Positions 13,101 to 26,700 of a stretch of DNA of 64,000 nucleotides are shown one piece after another. This DNA comes from Cenococcum geophilum (taxonomy: Eukaryota), in NCBI GenBank assembly GCA_050273025.1, contig CP158636.1, positions 372,001 through 436,000 on the forward strand, read 5' to 3'. Position numbers and translations under genes: made by a program. Numbering within the stretch: position 1 is the first letter of the stretch; the number at the start of each line of letters is the position of its first letter. The notes beneath the pieces were generated by a model, which saw nothing but the letters and a program-made list of their open reading frames with translations, made no database searches and had not been told where the DNA came from.

Positions 13101-14617
13101 GTAGTAAAGCCGTATACTTGGCTATAAGAACCTTTATAATCCTATAATATTATAATCTTTATTAAATATTATAAGGTTTCTACCTATATAATATTACCGA
13201 ATTTTATTAACCTCTCTACAGAGATAGCATTGTATTTACGTTTTAGCTACTATAAGGGAGGCGTAGTTATAGGGGAGAACTGGGAGAAGAAGAAGCGTAT
13301 ATTTTTAATTTAGTTCTTCTAGCTAACTAAAGCAAATCTTTAGGGCAACTAAGGCGATTCTCTAGGGCAACCAAAAAGGTCCTTGCACGTAGCTATAACC
13401 GTTTACTTTAATTATAAGCGAGACTAGATACGCGTACCAAATTTAAAATCTCGCAGCCCTTTTAGTGAGGGGGGGGGGGGGTAAAGCTAGTTATATATAT
13501 TACTGTACTAGAGCTGCGGGGCAAAGCAATTATATATTACTATACGAGATAAATAACTAATAGTTTTAGTAAAAGCCTCTACTATATAGCCTACTATTCT
13601 AAATCAATTAACTAAGAGGATATACTTAAGCGCTTTATTTCTAGTAATAACGGGACTATTATCGCTATAAGCTTACTAGGTTTAGACGTTAACATACCTA
13701 GTATAGATATAGCCCTATACCTAAGAGCTCTAAGGTTAGTTAAAAACTACGCCTAAGAGAGTAAAAGAGTAGGCTGTAATAGAAGGGTAAGCCGGGCCGC
13801 TATTTTTCTTAGTAATAGGCTTAATACGCCTACGGACCGCGATTAAGGTTATAGGGCAGCTTTACTAAAGTATCTCTAAAGGGAAGCAGATGTTAAAACC
13901 TACTATAGGGTGGTACTTAATAAATACCTAGATGGGAAAATAGATAGGATACTAGTCTAAAACGGTTACACTAATAGTAATAAGCTATATAACGTCTACA
14001 TTACCAAATAGCTAAACGGTTAAGAGTTAGATATGTTTATTCTTTTAGACGCTAATAAGGCCGAGTTTATAATATAAGAAGCGTAGATAAGCGTTTAGTA
14101 ATTAAAAGTAACCGCCTTAGTAAGGGCGGAATAGCTTACGCTAGAGTAACTAAGACATTATCTTATTTAGTAAATAATATACTGCTTAATCTATATAGCC
14201 TAGGCTAGCAAAGCCTTATATAATATACGCACCTATACTACGCCCTTAATAGGCACTATTTAGGATACCACTAAGAGGTTATAATTAATATTATACTTTA
14301 CTAAGTTTAGTAGGTATTATTACTATATAGTGCCTTAAGAGCTATATAACTGGTAGATAAAGGATCTTATATAGGGCTAGAAACAAAGTAGAGTTAACTA
14401 GTACTAATATAACGAGCTTGTGTTAAGCGTTATAACGGCGGCTATAAAGGATATTAAATAGGCCTAGGTAGAGCGCTTATGGGGATATAGTACTAACCCT
14501 AATAATATAGAGAGTATAGCAGCGTTCTTATTAGCTAAAGTAAACACCAATCGATTAGAGGTTCTTAGATTATCGCTTAAGTTAGTATAATTTACCTAAG
14601 TAATTAAGCAACGCTAA
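10148..14617 (+). pseudogene. Telomere-linked-helicase-like gene relic: DUF3505 C-terminus, central YR-like region, RecQ-type SF2 helicase, Cys-rich C-terminus; 5' part displaced by gypsy B
   Basis: De-RIP motifs NPWVERTGW..YL (~10310-10348), ESPLVCALA (~10830), MQWMLDLR (~11078), HITGGQPARG (~11540-11570), MPTGGGKS (~12407-12430), IVIDE.H (~12674-12696), LLTATLPP (~12775-12800), YAQESGR.GRDG (~13748-13783). Stop ~14615-14617. Confidence 0.85.
12989..13505. mobile_element. Tc1/mariner-type MITE (517 bp) inserted in the helicase relic
   Basis: ~85-bp TIRs containing poly-C/poly-G runs; TA at 12987-88 and 13506-07; helicase sequence continues on both sides. Confidence 0.9.
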
Positions 14618-14641
14618 GTTAAGGGATTACTATATTAATAA

Positions 14642-15705
14642 TAATAATAATTCATTACTTAACGTCCGATTTAGATCCCTATTAGGCCTACGCGGACTAC
14701 TCCTTATTTATATATAGGGAGAAAACTCAACTTAAGAAAGACTTAACTTAAGAAAACCCTGTGATCCATCTCTCTGCCTCTTAGGACTCGCCTATAAGGC
14801 GCCTACAAGGCGCCTGCGAGTCACCTATAGTGCTTTTACCACCTTACTTTTTAATCTCCTTGGGAACCACTACTGCCGTAACTAGCCTACGGACGCGCTA
14901 GTATTATATACTTTACTTTACTACTATAGAGTTATCAGGGGGCGCCCATTGCTCGCCCCCCTGCCCTCTATTATTATTTCCTTTACGACCTAAAACTAGT
15001 TTAGTATATTTTGGCTAATAAGCCACTGGGTAACCACCTTAAGGCCTTTTTATATTAAGAGTAGTGTCTTATAGTTCTCTGTGCCAGCTACTAAGAGTAT
15101 TACTTCTTAGTTAGTGCGTAAGGGGCATAATAGTATTACGTGTTTTGGTGTCTGTCTTAGCTAGCTATATTTATATCTTGGGCTACCTACTAGGACACCC
15201 ACCTAGTAAAGCCAGTCTTTTAGTCCTATTATTCCTGTTCTTAAGAGCGTTGCTATTATATTTTCTGCCTTTATTAGGCCTTTTTAGAGCCCTAGGGTGT
15301 TTACCCCCTATAGCGTTAACTATGTTACGGCTTGGGTTCCTCTTGCCTTAGTTAGCCTCTATACCTTTAACTCCTATATACCTCTCTAGCGTTAGTCTAG
15401 CTAGTATTGCATTACGGTAAATGGTTTCCTAGCGTTCTTTTATACTCTACTTTAGCTCCTTTCTCTCTCTTGCTGTTATCCTTACTAGCCTTTTACGCGT
15501 CTCCCTTTCTTCTCTATATAGGCCTAGGCCCTAAAGCAGCACCATTCTTCTTCTGCTTTCTTTACCTGTTTTTCTAATATATCTTCCCTACTTTAGGGTT
15601 ATTGGTTTGTTCTCCTACGAGGCGCCCTAGGGTCCCTCTATAGTTTATTTAGGCGTGTCTTAATATACTTTATAATATTAGAGTTGCGTTCCTTTTGCGC
15701 CCTTT
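14642..15705 (-). mobile_element. 5'-truncated Tad1-like LINE copy
   Basis: Reverse complement of ~26362-27417 including the (ATT)n tail. 15-bp TSD TTACTATATTAATAA at 14627-14641 and 15706-15720. Confidence 0.93.
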
Positions 15706-16879
15706 TTACTATATTAATAAAGGTTTAAAATAGTGTTATAGATAGTAAAGGTAAATAGTAATATAGATAGTAGATAGTAAATTAAGGCAGTTTTTTAAAA
15801 GCCGTTTTAAAATTTCCCCTAGCTAACGGCCTAACCGTAATACAATATTAATATTACTTTACCCTAGTAATATAAGTGGTTTAAATCGTGTTTAAAAATA
15901 AGGCTAAACCTAGTCTAAAATCCAAATTAAACCTTTAATATGGCTGCTTTGCCTAAGGGTATAAAATATTACTATACTTACGTATCTAAGTTAGGTAATT
16001 CTTTTCCTTAACAATATTCTAAATTCGCTTTACTTAGCTATATACTAAGTTAGCCAATTTATAAAAAAGGGAATACTAGCCTTATAACTTTCCCTCCTTA
16101 TTATAATAAACGCGATATATTTTATATAGTAGCTGCTAAATAGTTAGGGGGTTAGGTGTATCTTTCTCTATATTTATAGTAATATAAAATAAGATCTAGT
16201 TTACCTTTAGGGCTTAAAACGGCTTAATATAAGTGTAGTGTTTCTAGAATTTTAAATTATTAGTTAAACGTCCCATAAAAGCGAGATATGCCTTATTAGC
16301 ATTAATATACCCAAAATAGTCCTAATTAGTAAATTCGTTTACTTAAAGTCTAAGAATTACACGTTTTAGCTAGCGTTTAGCACTAGGGGGTTTAGCCCTA
16401 GGGGCATTTAACATTATACGGTCTAAGGATTTTAGGGATTAACTTCTTAGGATTTTATATAGTTTAGAGTATAGGGAAATTGCTTAGCTATTATAGTATA
16501 ACTAAACAGCAACCTAGGTAGTAAATTAGTTTGCCTATAAAACTAATAGACACTTATTATAAATTAATAATAGGGTGTCCACTTAAGTATAAGTAACGAT
16601 CTGGCAGTTCCCTAGCAATTATTATATCCTACTTTACCCTTTAAGCCTATCTTCTATATAAGGTAGAAGGTGTATTAATTATTATAACCTTATACTCCGG
16701 GCCTTATAAACCTATAACACTACTATTATTAGCTTTTACCTAAACCGGGCTAGCAATCTGCTAAGTCCTTAGCGTTAAAGTTATATACGTTACGCCTAAT
16801 CCTTAGTTATACCTATTGCTAAGTATATATTTAGACACGATTACTATAAACCCTAAAATCTTAGAGGGGTTAGGCTAGA

Positions 16880-17786
16880 TATTACGGACGCTTTAAGTAT
16901 AATATTATAACTACTAGGAGAAGAGTTAGAAGCAGCTAGTTGGTTAATTAAGGCATGGTCTAGAATAGAGCTAATAGAACTATATAATAAGAAATAGTAA
17001 CTAAAGTTATATAATATGCTACGTATTAAATAAGAGGAATAAGAGGAACTTATATATCTTATATATAAGACGTACTTTATATATAAGGACGATTTCTTAG
17101 GAGTACGGTTATATATTTAAAGGACTATAGTCCCTACCTAGATAGTTCTTCTCTCTTTATAGTAAATCTTAAAATATAATTAGAGTTAATCTATTAGGCA
17201 ACCACTCTACTGGTTATTATTACATTGTTAACTTCTTATTTACCTATATACTTAGCCTATTAATAAGTCTACCATAGTTCCTGCTATAAGGCTTTGTTAT
17301 ATATTTACTACTAAAATTATAGTATTAATAAAGTTAAATAATATACTATTAAAAGTAGTAGCTATAACGGCGTCTACAGCAGCAACTACCTTAGGATTAG
17401 GTAATAACACTAGTATAGCAGACACTAACTTATAACTAGTTACTGTTGGATAACTATAAGACATGGTTAATTAATTAATAGACAATAATAGGATACTTAA
17501 AGGATGGATTAATAGGATTGGAGCAGCTAAGGTTAAGTTACCCTTAATTAAGCAATTCTTAGGGGAGAAGTTAAAACTTAAAGGATTTCTTATATAAATG
17601 CACTTTAAGGTTATATAGGAAGGAGTTAAACTAGGAACGCCTATAGATTAAGTCGCTTAATATAGTTGTTCTTAATAGGAAGGGTACTTAAGTAGTTTAA
17701 ACCTTACCTTACGGAGGTATAGGAGTACGGTATAATACCTACTAACTAGGAGGTATAGTATATGTTCTTAAGCTAAAACGGGTTTA
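16880..17786 (+). mobile_element. Family A 5' fragment: LTR (16880-17301) + start of gag, truncated
   Basis: LTR matches 1652-2072. Gag motifs MPPKAAA.., LKGFLTQMHFK and WFEPYL match the minus-strand copies. Confidence 0.9.
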
Positions 17787-17949
17787 TATTACGGCACTAT
17801 TACAGACCCTAGTTAGGGGTTCGCTTGGAGACTTAGCGCCTATATATAGACGGGTCCTTTTTTTGACCTTCTCTGCTCCTTAGCTTAGTATCTTTATAAT
17901 ATAGCATTTTACAAGCTTTAGTTCAGAGGCATTTATATAAGCCGTAACA
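17787..17949. repeat. Isolated short LTR of another family, flanks not duplicated
   Basis: TATTACGGC...GCCGTAACA inverted termini; flanks GTTTA vs TTATA. Confidence 0.7.
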
Positions 17950-18419
17950 TTATACTAAGTTTACCCACCTAGGGGGGACTTTATTTGTTTTAAAGCTCCC
18001 TCTTTACCTCGCCTGGGAAGGCCTGGATAATCTCCTACCCCCGTTCCGCGTATTCTAAGAGAACACGCATTAAACACCCCTAGTTGCGCGTCGTCGATGC
18101 GCTAAGTCGCTATTATTAATACTGGGAGCCGGTATTTAAGCAGCTAGAAGGTCTCCTATAGATAAGGATAACTGCCTAGAAAGGTAATAATATCTTACCC
18201 CTCTAACCTTTTTAACTAATACGGAGTTGTATAAGCTGCAAAGACGACCTCGGTTAAGACTTAGCCTAGGGCTGCGAGGAACGAAGTTAATTAAGACTTA
18301 GCCGTAACGCTGCGATGAACGACATTGATGAATATATGGTGGGCTATACGCACCAAACCGCCAACGCCCGAAATCAGAAAATTTCAAAACGTTAAATTCT
18401 TAGTTTTGATCTTGCAAAA

Positions 18420-19860
18420 GCTCTACCTAAAGCTTCTATATAAAGCTCTACTTAAAGCTTTATACGGAGCTCTAAAGCTCTTTTAATATACAGTATTAAT
18501 ATACTAGGAAGTCTCTGAGAACGCTCGTATGAACGCCTATACGAACGCCCGTACGAACGCCCGTATAAACGCCTCTACGAACGCCTTTATGGTTGTCTTT
18601 ATAAATACCTTAATAAATAGACGCTTGTATAAAGCTCTATAAAAGGGGGGTAAGGTTAAGGAAGGCTCTGCCTACGGAGGCTCTACATAACGCTCTATAT
18701 TGAAGACTTTGTGTATAGAGGCTCTGTATATAGAGGCTTTGTGTATAAAGGCTTTATATATAAAGGCTCTACGTATAAAGGCTCTATATATAGAGGCTTT
18801 GCATAACACTCTGCATAACACTTTGTATTAAAGACTCTGTATATAAAAAAACTCTATATATAAAGGCTTTACGTATAGAGGCTCTACGTATGGAGGCTCT
18901 GTATAACGCTCTGCATAACGCTCTGCATAACGCTCTATATAACGCTTTGTACGACGCTCTATACAACGCTCTACACGACGCTCTATATAACGCTCTATAT
19001 AACGCTCTATATAACGCTCTATATTAAAGACTCTTTATTAAAGACTCTATACTAAAGACTCTGTGTATAAAGGCTCTGCGTATAGATGCTCTACGTACGG
19101 AAGCTCTGTACGACGCTCTATATAATACTCTGTATTAAAGACTCTGTATTAAAGACTCTATATACAAAGGCTCTATATATAAAGGCTCTACCTATAGAGA
19201 CTCTACACGACGCTCTATATAACACTCTATATATAAAGACTTAGCATATAGAAGCTCCGCGTACGTAGCTTCGTGTAGAGCCTCTATATGTAGAGCCTCC
19301 ATATACCGAGCCTCTGTACGCAGAGTCTCTATATATAAAGCCTTTATATATAAAGCCTTTATACGCAAAGCCTCTATACGTAGAGCCTCTATATATAGAG
19401 CCTTATACGTAAAGTCTTTAAATGTAGAGCCTTTATATACAGAGCCTTTAATATAGAGCGTTATGCAGAGCGTTGTATAGAGTGTTGTATAAAGCTTCTG
19501 TATATAGAACCTTTATATATAGAGCCTTTGTACTTAGAGTCTTTAATGTAAAGTCTTTAATGTAGAGCGTTATGTAGAGCGTCGTGCAGAGTATTATGTA
19601 GAGCCTCCGTATATAGAGCCTATACGTAAAGTCTTTGTCTGTAGAATCTTTTTATATATAGAGTCTTTAATATAAAGCGTTGTATAGAGCCTATATATAG
19701 AGCCTCTATATATAAAGCTTTGTATATAAAGTCTCTATATATAAAGTCCCTTATATAGAGCTCCGCGTAAAGCCTTATATAGAGCCTTATATAAAGCACC
19801 TATATATAAAGCCTTTATATATAGAGCCTCTGTATAAAGCTTTACGCGAAACTCTATAAA
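18420..19860. repeat. 12-14-bp degenerate tandem arrays in two oppositely oriented arms (centre ~19260)
   Basis: Left arm GGCTCTAT / ACGCTCTAT units; right arm ATAGAGCC / TAGAGCGT units. Confidence 0.85.
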
Positions 19861-20359
19861 TATAGAGTTATATAGTTTAATGCACAATAACATTTTTATC
19901 TATAATTAAATTTTAATAATAATATTTTTTAAAAGTATATAGATTAAATGCGTAGTTAAATGGTTATAAAAGTTAGCTATAGTATAGTCGCTTTAGAAAA
20001 GGACAATTAAATATTAGAAATTATAATTAATAATAGCAATTTACTAAATCTTTACCTATTTAAACTATTTTTCTATACTTATATATAGTACTACTTATTC
20101 TCTATACTCTATTACTATTATCTTTTTTTTTTAAGTTAGCGCTATAATATATAAGAGGGGAGCTAAAGTACTTAAAAATACTATTAAAAACACTTTTAAA
20201 GCGCCTAAAGAAGTAGATATACTACTTGTATAAACATAGTTTACGATTATTAAATAACTTAAAGATTTTTAAATATTTATTCTAAATATAACTATATATA
20301 CTAATACTATAAAGATATTTATTAATATTCTAGTTGTCCTATTTAAAGTCTTTAAATAC

Positions 20360-20540
20360 TGTTACGGGACTTAGTTAATTAAGGTATAAGCGCTATAAAG
20401 AACGTATACAAGCCTATATAATTAGTAGTCTATTAACTTAGATATTAAGCTAAGAAGTAGAAGGTAGAAAAAGATACGTCTATATATATATGCTAAGGCT
20501 AAGCAAGCCCCCTAACTAGATCTGTTACGGTACCGTAATA
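20360..20540. repeat. Solo LTR with 5-bp TSD
   Basis: TGTTACGG...CCGTAATA; AATAC on both sides. Confidence 0.88.
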
Positions 20541-20783
20541 AATACTAAAAGTTTATTATCTAAAATATATATTAAGCTTAATTAATTAACTACTATTATT
20601 ATATTATAAAGTTTAAAGAATCTTATAATACCTAAAGAAGTAAATAATATAGATAAATAGTATAAAGTAGAGGGAATAATAGAGGTATGGTTAAAATATA
20701 TAAAAAAGACTTAGAGGGTTAATCTTATAATTAAATATAGGGCTACTACTAAAATATAAAAAGAGATTACTAAATAGCGTAAC

Positions 20784-23700
20784 TGTTAGTTTTATAAGGT
20801 AATATTATATAGCTATAGTTTGTAGATAGTATAATAATTGTTATTCTTATATATCTTAAATAAGGGAGGGCAAGGAGCCTAAGGCTCCTCGCTACACTAG
20901 TGCCGCGGCGACACATAACGGTAATATACTTTATATAGTAACCACTTGCCTTTATTCCTAATACTAGTAACTCTTCTTTTATAGTTGCTATCTATATATA
21001 TATACCGCTTAACTAGCAGAATAAAAATTAATCCTTTTTACTTACTATTGCCATTATAATATAAGTCTTATTATTTTAAAATTTGCCTTTTAGTATATAG
21101 TGCTTTCTTGCTTATAAGTTATAGGTAGGTATCTTATTAGTAGGGCCGCTAAGGCGCTAGCGGTAAGTAAGCTAATAGCGATTTTTTATCCTAGGGATAG
21201 AAAATCCTAATTAGCTGGTTTAAGTTAGGGTTTATAGAATATTATACTCCTACTTCCTTTTAACCTAACCTTTAACTTATACGCGTAAAGTATTTATATT
21301 AATAAACGTCTCTAGTGCCTTATTTAGGTTCGCCTTTATTATCGCATCTATTAGGTTATCTTAGGTATTAATTTATTAAATCTTAAAGAGTTCTTAATAC
21401 TTATAGGATTGCTAAAGTGCCATAATATTAATTATAAGGCGCTTCTCCTTTATAGTACTAAGCTTAACTAAATACTTATAAAGGGAATATAAGTTAGTGT
21501 ATATAATTATAGGGATAACAAAAAGTTTAAGTTAATCTATAATTATTTTTAGGGTAGTTCTAATTATAATTGCTATATTAACTCCGCTAACTATTCTATA
21601 TATCTCTAACACTAAAACGCTTTAAGTAATGCGCTTACTTTTAGTTAAGCTCTAATAGATAAGGTTGCCGTAGGTTATAAAGTTATTCTTTCTAGTAGAT
21701 TTATTTATAATAATAATCTTATATTTTAACTAGGAGCTAAAATCTTTATTATTTATAAACAATCTATTAATAAATATAAAGAGCTTAGCGGTAGGAAGAT
21801 TAATAGGCACGTAGAGTAGTCCCTAATTAAGATGGTTAACTACTCTAGAGAAAACTACAGCGAACGCGGAGCTCTTGCTGCATCCGGCCTAAAAAGACCA
21901 AAACTAACCAAAAGAACCCTGAAAAACACCTAGAGAATCCCCCTAAGATGTATGCATTGCAGGGGAGGCATACGTTAAACAACAGTAGCTCGCACTTGCG
22001 CGCGACTGCTAGAACTACGCCTAGCAATGGCCCTCCATAATAAAGATGGGCGAATACCACACTATAAAGCAGAAATACCTCTATTAAGAAGGCATCTAAT
22101 AAAATACAAAGCCTATTAGACGCGTCTAGTATTTAGAATTGTGGGGGAGTAACCGTTAGCTATAACAAACTAATATAGCTAGTAGAATGGCTCCGCTAGT
22201 CTAGCGAACCTTAGGCGCCCCTTTAGCAAACCCTTAATTAAATCCTCTAACGGCTAAGTAAAATTAAAAATAAGTATAACCCCCCCTTACCGGCGAACCG
22301 CACCTGGGCCGCTGTAGCTACGCTTTTATAGTATAGGGAACCTACCCCCCTTAAGTTAATAACCGGGTATATAATTATAATATAACTAAATATAGAATAA
22401 GTAGAGGGGCTTAGGGGATAATTAGAAATAGAAGTCCTTATAAAGATACGCAAAGAGGTCTATAATGCTGTTATAGTCTAACACCTTAAGAGCGGAGATA
22501 TTAGAGTTACCCTAAAGAACTAATAGGCAAAGGAACGAGCCGTAAGGGTAGGGGATAGGCTAGGAGAACGTATTAGCATAAAAGTATTTTATAAGGATTA
22601 CCCAGTCGAAGTCCTAGCGGTTCCTATAAGCCTTAGGGTAGAAAAGGGACGCTAGGCGGACAATATAGCAATTATATAAGAGATAGTAAGACAAACGGAA
22701 CGCCTTATACTAGGATTTAAAATTACCCAAATCTAATAGCTTTAATAGGAAAATGTAAACTAAGTATATAATAAGAACAACGAGAGGATATAAGGGTCGC
22801 TAAAAACTTACTAGGGAGGCGCCGGACGAACGCATAGCTCCCTTATTATCAGTATATATATACTAGGAATATAAAAACTCCTTATCTAAAAAGGAATAAT
22901 TATAAATGGCCTTATATATAACACAAGGCTCTATAACTATAGACTACGCCTAGAATGATGCTATTGCTATATATAATAGGGACACACCTAATCTATATGC
23001 GCAGTATAGGTGTGCTGCGGCCACTATATAGGCCCCTACAATACGAGATATTACTTAAATTAAAACTAAATAAAATGCGCAAACTGCCACTGAAGCACAC
23101 ATAAGGCGTAGGAGAGAGAAGACTATATTAAATATAGGAGACGGAAGGCAAGGGCTTAATAACTATAGAAATAACTGTACGCTAGGTTATACAAATGGAA
23201 ACAACAGGCGATAAGCTAGGGGGACGTAGGTGCCTTCCTAGCGTTTCCTACCTTTAATACTAGAGGGCTAGGCCAGCTATCCTAAGCCTTAACAGGCCAG
23301 AAGCGACGCCGCGCGATATTACTAGACCAATTAGGGATATAAGGGTTATAGGGGATATAAGGGAGAGGACGCCCCGTAGGAAGACCCCTATAGACAGCGA
23401 TAGCAGGCTTAAAACTAGGACAATTAAGAATTAGACTTAATGCGTTAAATATAACATTCGCAGCCAACCCATAAAGGGTATATAGCCGACCAGTAAGAAT
23501 AGGGGAAGAACCGGTAATAATAATAGATTTAGATATAGAAGCGCTAATAGGAATACAAGACACGGGAATAGAAAGCTCTATATAAAATAAGTAGTAACTA
23601 GGGTGTAGATATAAAAGACAGAAGCTCTAAATATCCTAGAGAAAGTGGAAATAGAAGAAGCGAGGAATGAAGGAGAGTCGAAGGACCCTTACCGGGGGTC

Positions 23701-26700
23701 CGCCACCTATTTATTATATAGTATAACTACGGCAACACAAACCACCGCCTCGCAAGGCCCCTACTAGACAGTCTAGACCTAGAGAAATACTATATCCTTA
23801 CTATACAAGAGCCGTATTATAATACCTTCATATAATTAACATACTGCCCCTAAGGATTCCAGCTCCTATACAAACTAAAAGCAGCCATACGCGTATGCTT
23901 TATGATTAGCAAGGCTATTAGCCTGTCCTTATGGTTATGGCAGGCAGTTAACCTAGATATTATAGTTATAACAATCCAAACATATAGGGGACTGGTATAA
24001 ATTATTAATGTATATAACCCTAGGGTTAAAGGGGTCCTATAAACAGAGAATATTATATTGGTAATAAGCTTACTAGAAACCAAAGGTATAGAGTCTATCC
24101 TACTAGGAGACATAAACCTTTACCACCCGTGGTAGGGGGGTATCTATATTGCTATAGATTAACAGTTAGAGTGCCTACTAAGAGCTATAGATATCTGGGG
24201 CCTTAAGCTAGCTACCCCCCTAGGACAATTATATGGCAACGAGGCACCGCTAGAAGTATAATTAACCTTATATTTATAGACGAAGGCCTATATTAGAGAC
24301 TTGAAAGGTATAACCCCAAAAAAGAATGGGCACTTACCCTAAACTATATCCCTATTTAGATATAGCTAGACCTAAATACTAAAGCGTAACTAAATAGAAA
24401 AAGATACGCAATAAGGAAGCTTAAGATAGACAGTTTCCTTAATATAGTTAAACAATAACTCTAAGACCTAGAAGAAATCCACCTAATACTAAACAAGTGA
24501 GGCTTATTGGCCACCCCTAAGGAAATTAACCGAAGACTAGAAAGGATCCAGGCAGCAATTAAAAATGGGCTAAAAGAGTACTGCCCGATCTTAAAACCGG
24601 GCCCCTATATACGACACGTATGGTCTATATAATGCGCAGTTCTGGTTGCTAGCTAATGACGAGTAAGAAGGAAATATATAAGTAGCTATAACCCTAAAGA
24701 TAAGAGACGATATAAAGACATAAGAAACTAGCTAAAGAATACCCTAAAAAAAGAAGCAAGGAATAACTGGAGACGGTTTATAAACGAGTATACTTTTAAC
24801 TTAAGCCTCCCCTATAATAAGGGCCTTTAGACTATAGCAAAATGGGTAAAGAAAAAGGCAGGGCGCCTAGTAGAAGACCTATACCTACCACCCCTACGAA
24901 GAGCAGGAGAATTATAGGCCATAAACGACAATGATAAGAAGGTAAAGATCCTTATAGAAAGGTTCTTCCCCTAACTAGCTCTAGTAGACCTTAGTGATAT
25001 TACAGGCAAAACACTAGTGACTCGCCTGCGGGTCGACAGCGATATAATAATAGAGGAAATGGCTAGAACTATTAGCCGCCTTTTAAATAATATAGTACTA
25101 GGACTAGATAGGATTTTAAATAAGGCCCTAAAAACCTGTAGGCTACTTATAGTATCTTGGCTTGTAAATGTAGCTAAAGTATACTTTGCTATAGGCTACT
25201 ACCCGTAACTCGGAAGATCTATGACGATAGTTGTCCTATAAAAAGAAGGTAAAGCAGATTACTTAATCCTAGGAAGCTACCGCCCTATTACCTTAGAAAA
25301 TACCCTTAGCAAGATTTTAGAAAGGGTAATAGCGGAACATATAGTAGACACGGCAAAGGAATACGCCCTACTACTATAAAGCTAAATAGGGGCAAGAAAG
25401 AACCGCTTAACACTATTAGTACTTACGCTACTCGCTACTACCATTAAATCTGCATAGGCGATGCAAAAGGACTTTATAGTATTAATGTTTAGCCTAGATA
25501 TTAGTGGTGCCTATAATAATATACCCCACGAGCGTCTCCTATATATCCTTAGGGTAAAGGGCTTCCTAGAATGGATTATATAATTTGTCTAAGGGTTTAT
25601 AAGCCAGAAAGAAATATTACTAGTCTTCAGCGGATACCAAAGCCCCCCTATTGTAGTTGCAATAGGAATACTACAAGGATTACCCCTCTCGCCTATACTC
25701 TTCCTTTTCTTTATAAGCAACCTACTTAACTCCTTTAAGGAAGGGGCGACCTAGGGGATAAGCTTTGTTAATAATACAAACCTAATTATATACGGGCTAA
25801 TAGCCGCAGAGAATTGTAGAACACTAGAGAAAGCCTATAATACTTATATAGAATGGGCAAGACGTTATAGAGTCTAATTCTCACCAGAGAAATACTAGCT
25901 AATCTATTTTATAAGAAAATGTAACCAATCTGCAGATCTCTAGCATATAATTCGCATCTAAGGCTTTAGGGGTTAACTAGTTTAGGGCCTAAGGGTACTA
26001 GGAGTATAGGTAGATAGTAAGCTTTGGTGGAGCGTATATGCGGTATAAGCGGCCTATAAAGGCTAAGTATAGTTTATCGCTGTATCTAGGATTATTAATT
26101 CTATATAGGGTCCATATTTTTAGAGGTTACGCCTATTATATATAGCAGTCGTCCGGCCAACCATGACATATAGATTTAGTATTTAGGCTATTGGAGAAAC
26201 TAAAAAGGGCCCCCTAAAATTACTTCTTAAACTACTTTAAAAGGTCTAAACAGCCTGCCTTTAGAGTATTATAGGCGGGTATAAGCGAACGGCCACAGTA
26301 CTGCTTAAGAAGGAATCTAATATTCCCCCCCTATAGTTATATATTAAAGCCGCTGCAATATAAAGGACGTAAAATAAACGCAACTCTAATGTTATAAAGT
26401 ACATTAAGATACGCCTAAGTAAACTATAGAGGGACCCTAGGGTGTCCTATAGGAGAATAAACCAACAACCCTAAAGTAGGGAAGAGATATTAGAGAAATA
26501 GGTAAAGAAAGCAGAAGAAGAATAGTGTCGCTTTAGGGCCTAGGCCTATATAGAGGAGAAAGGGAGACATGTAAGAGGTTAGTAAAGATAATAGTAAGAC
26601 AGAAAAAGGAGCTAAAGTAGAATATATAAGAACGCTAGGAAACTATCTACTGTAATATAATACTGGTTGGACTAACGCTAGAGAGGTAAATAGAAGTTAA

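Noticed and set aside
15860..16879. Possible gene relic
   Set aside because: RIP-degraded, and I recovered no recognisable motif in the frames I tried; left unassigned, as is 19870-20783.
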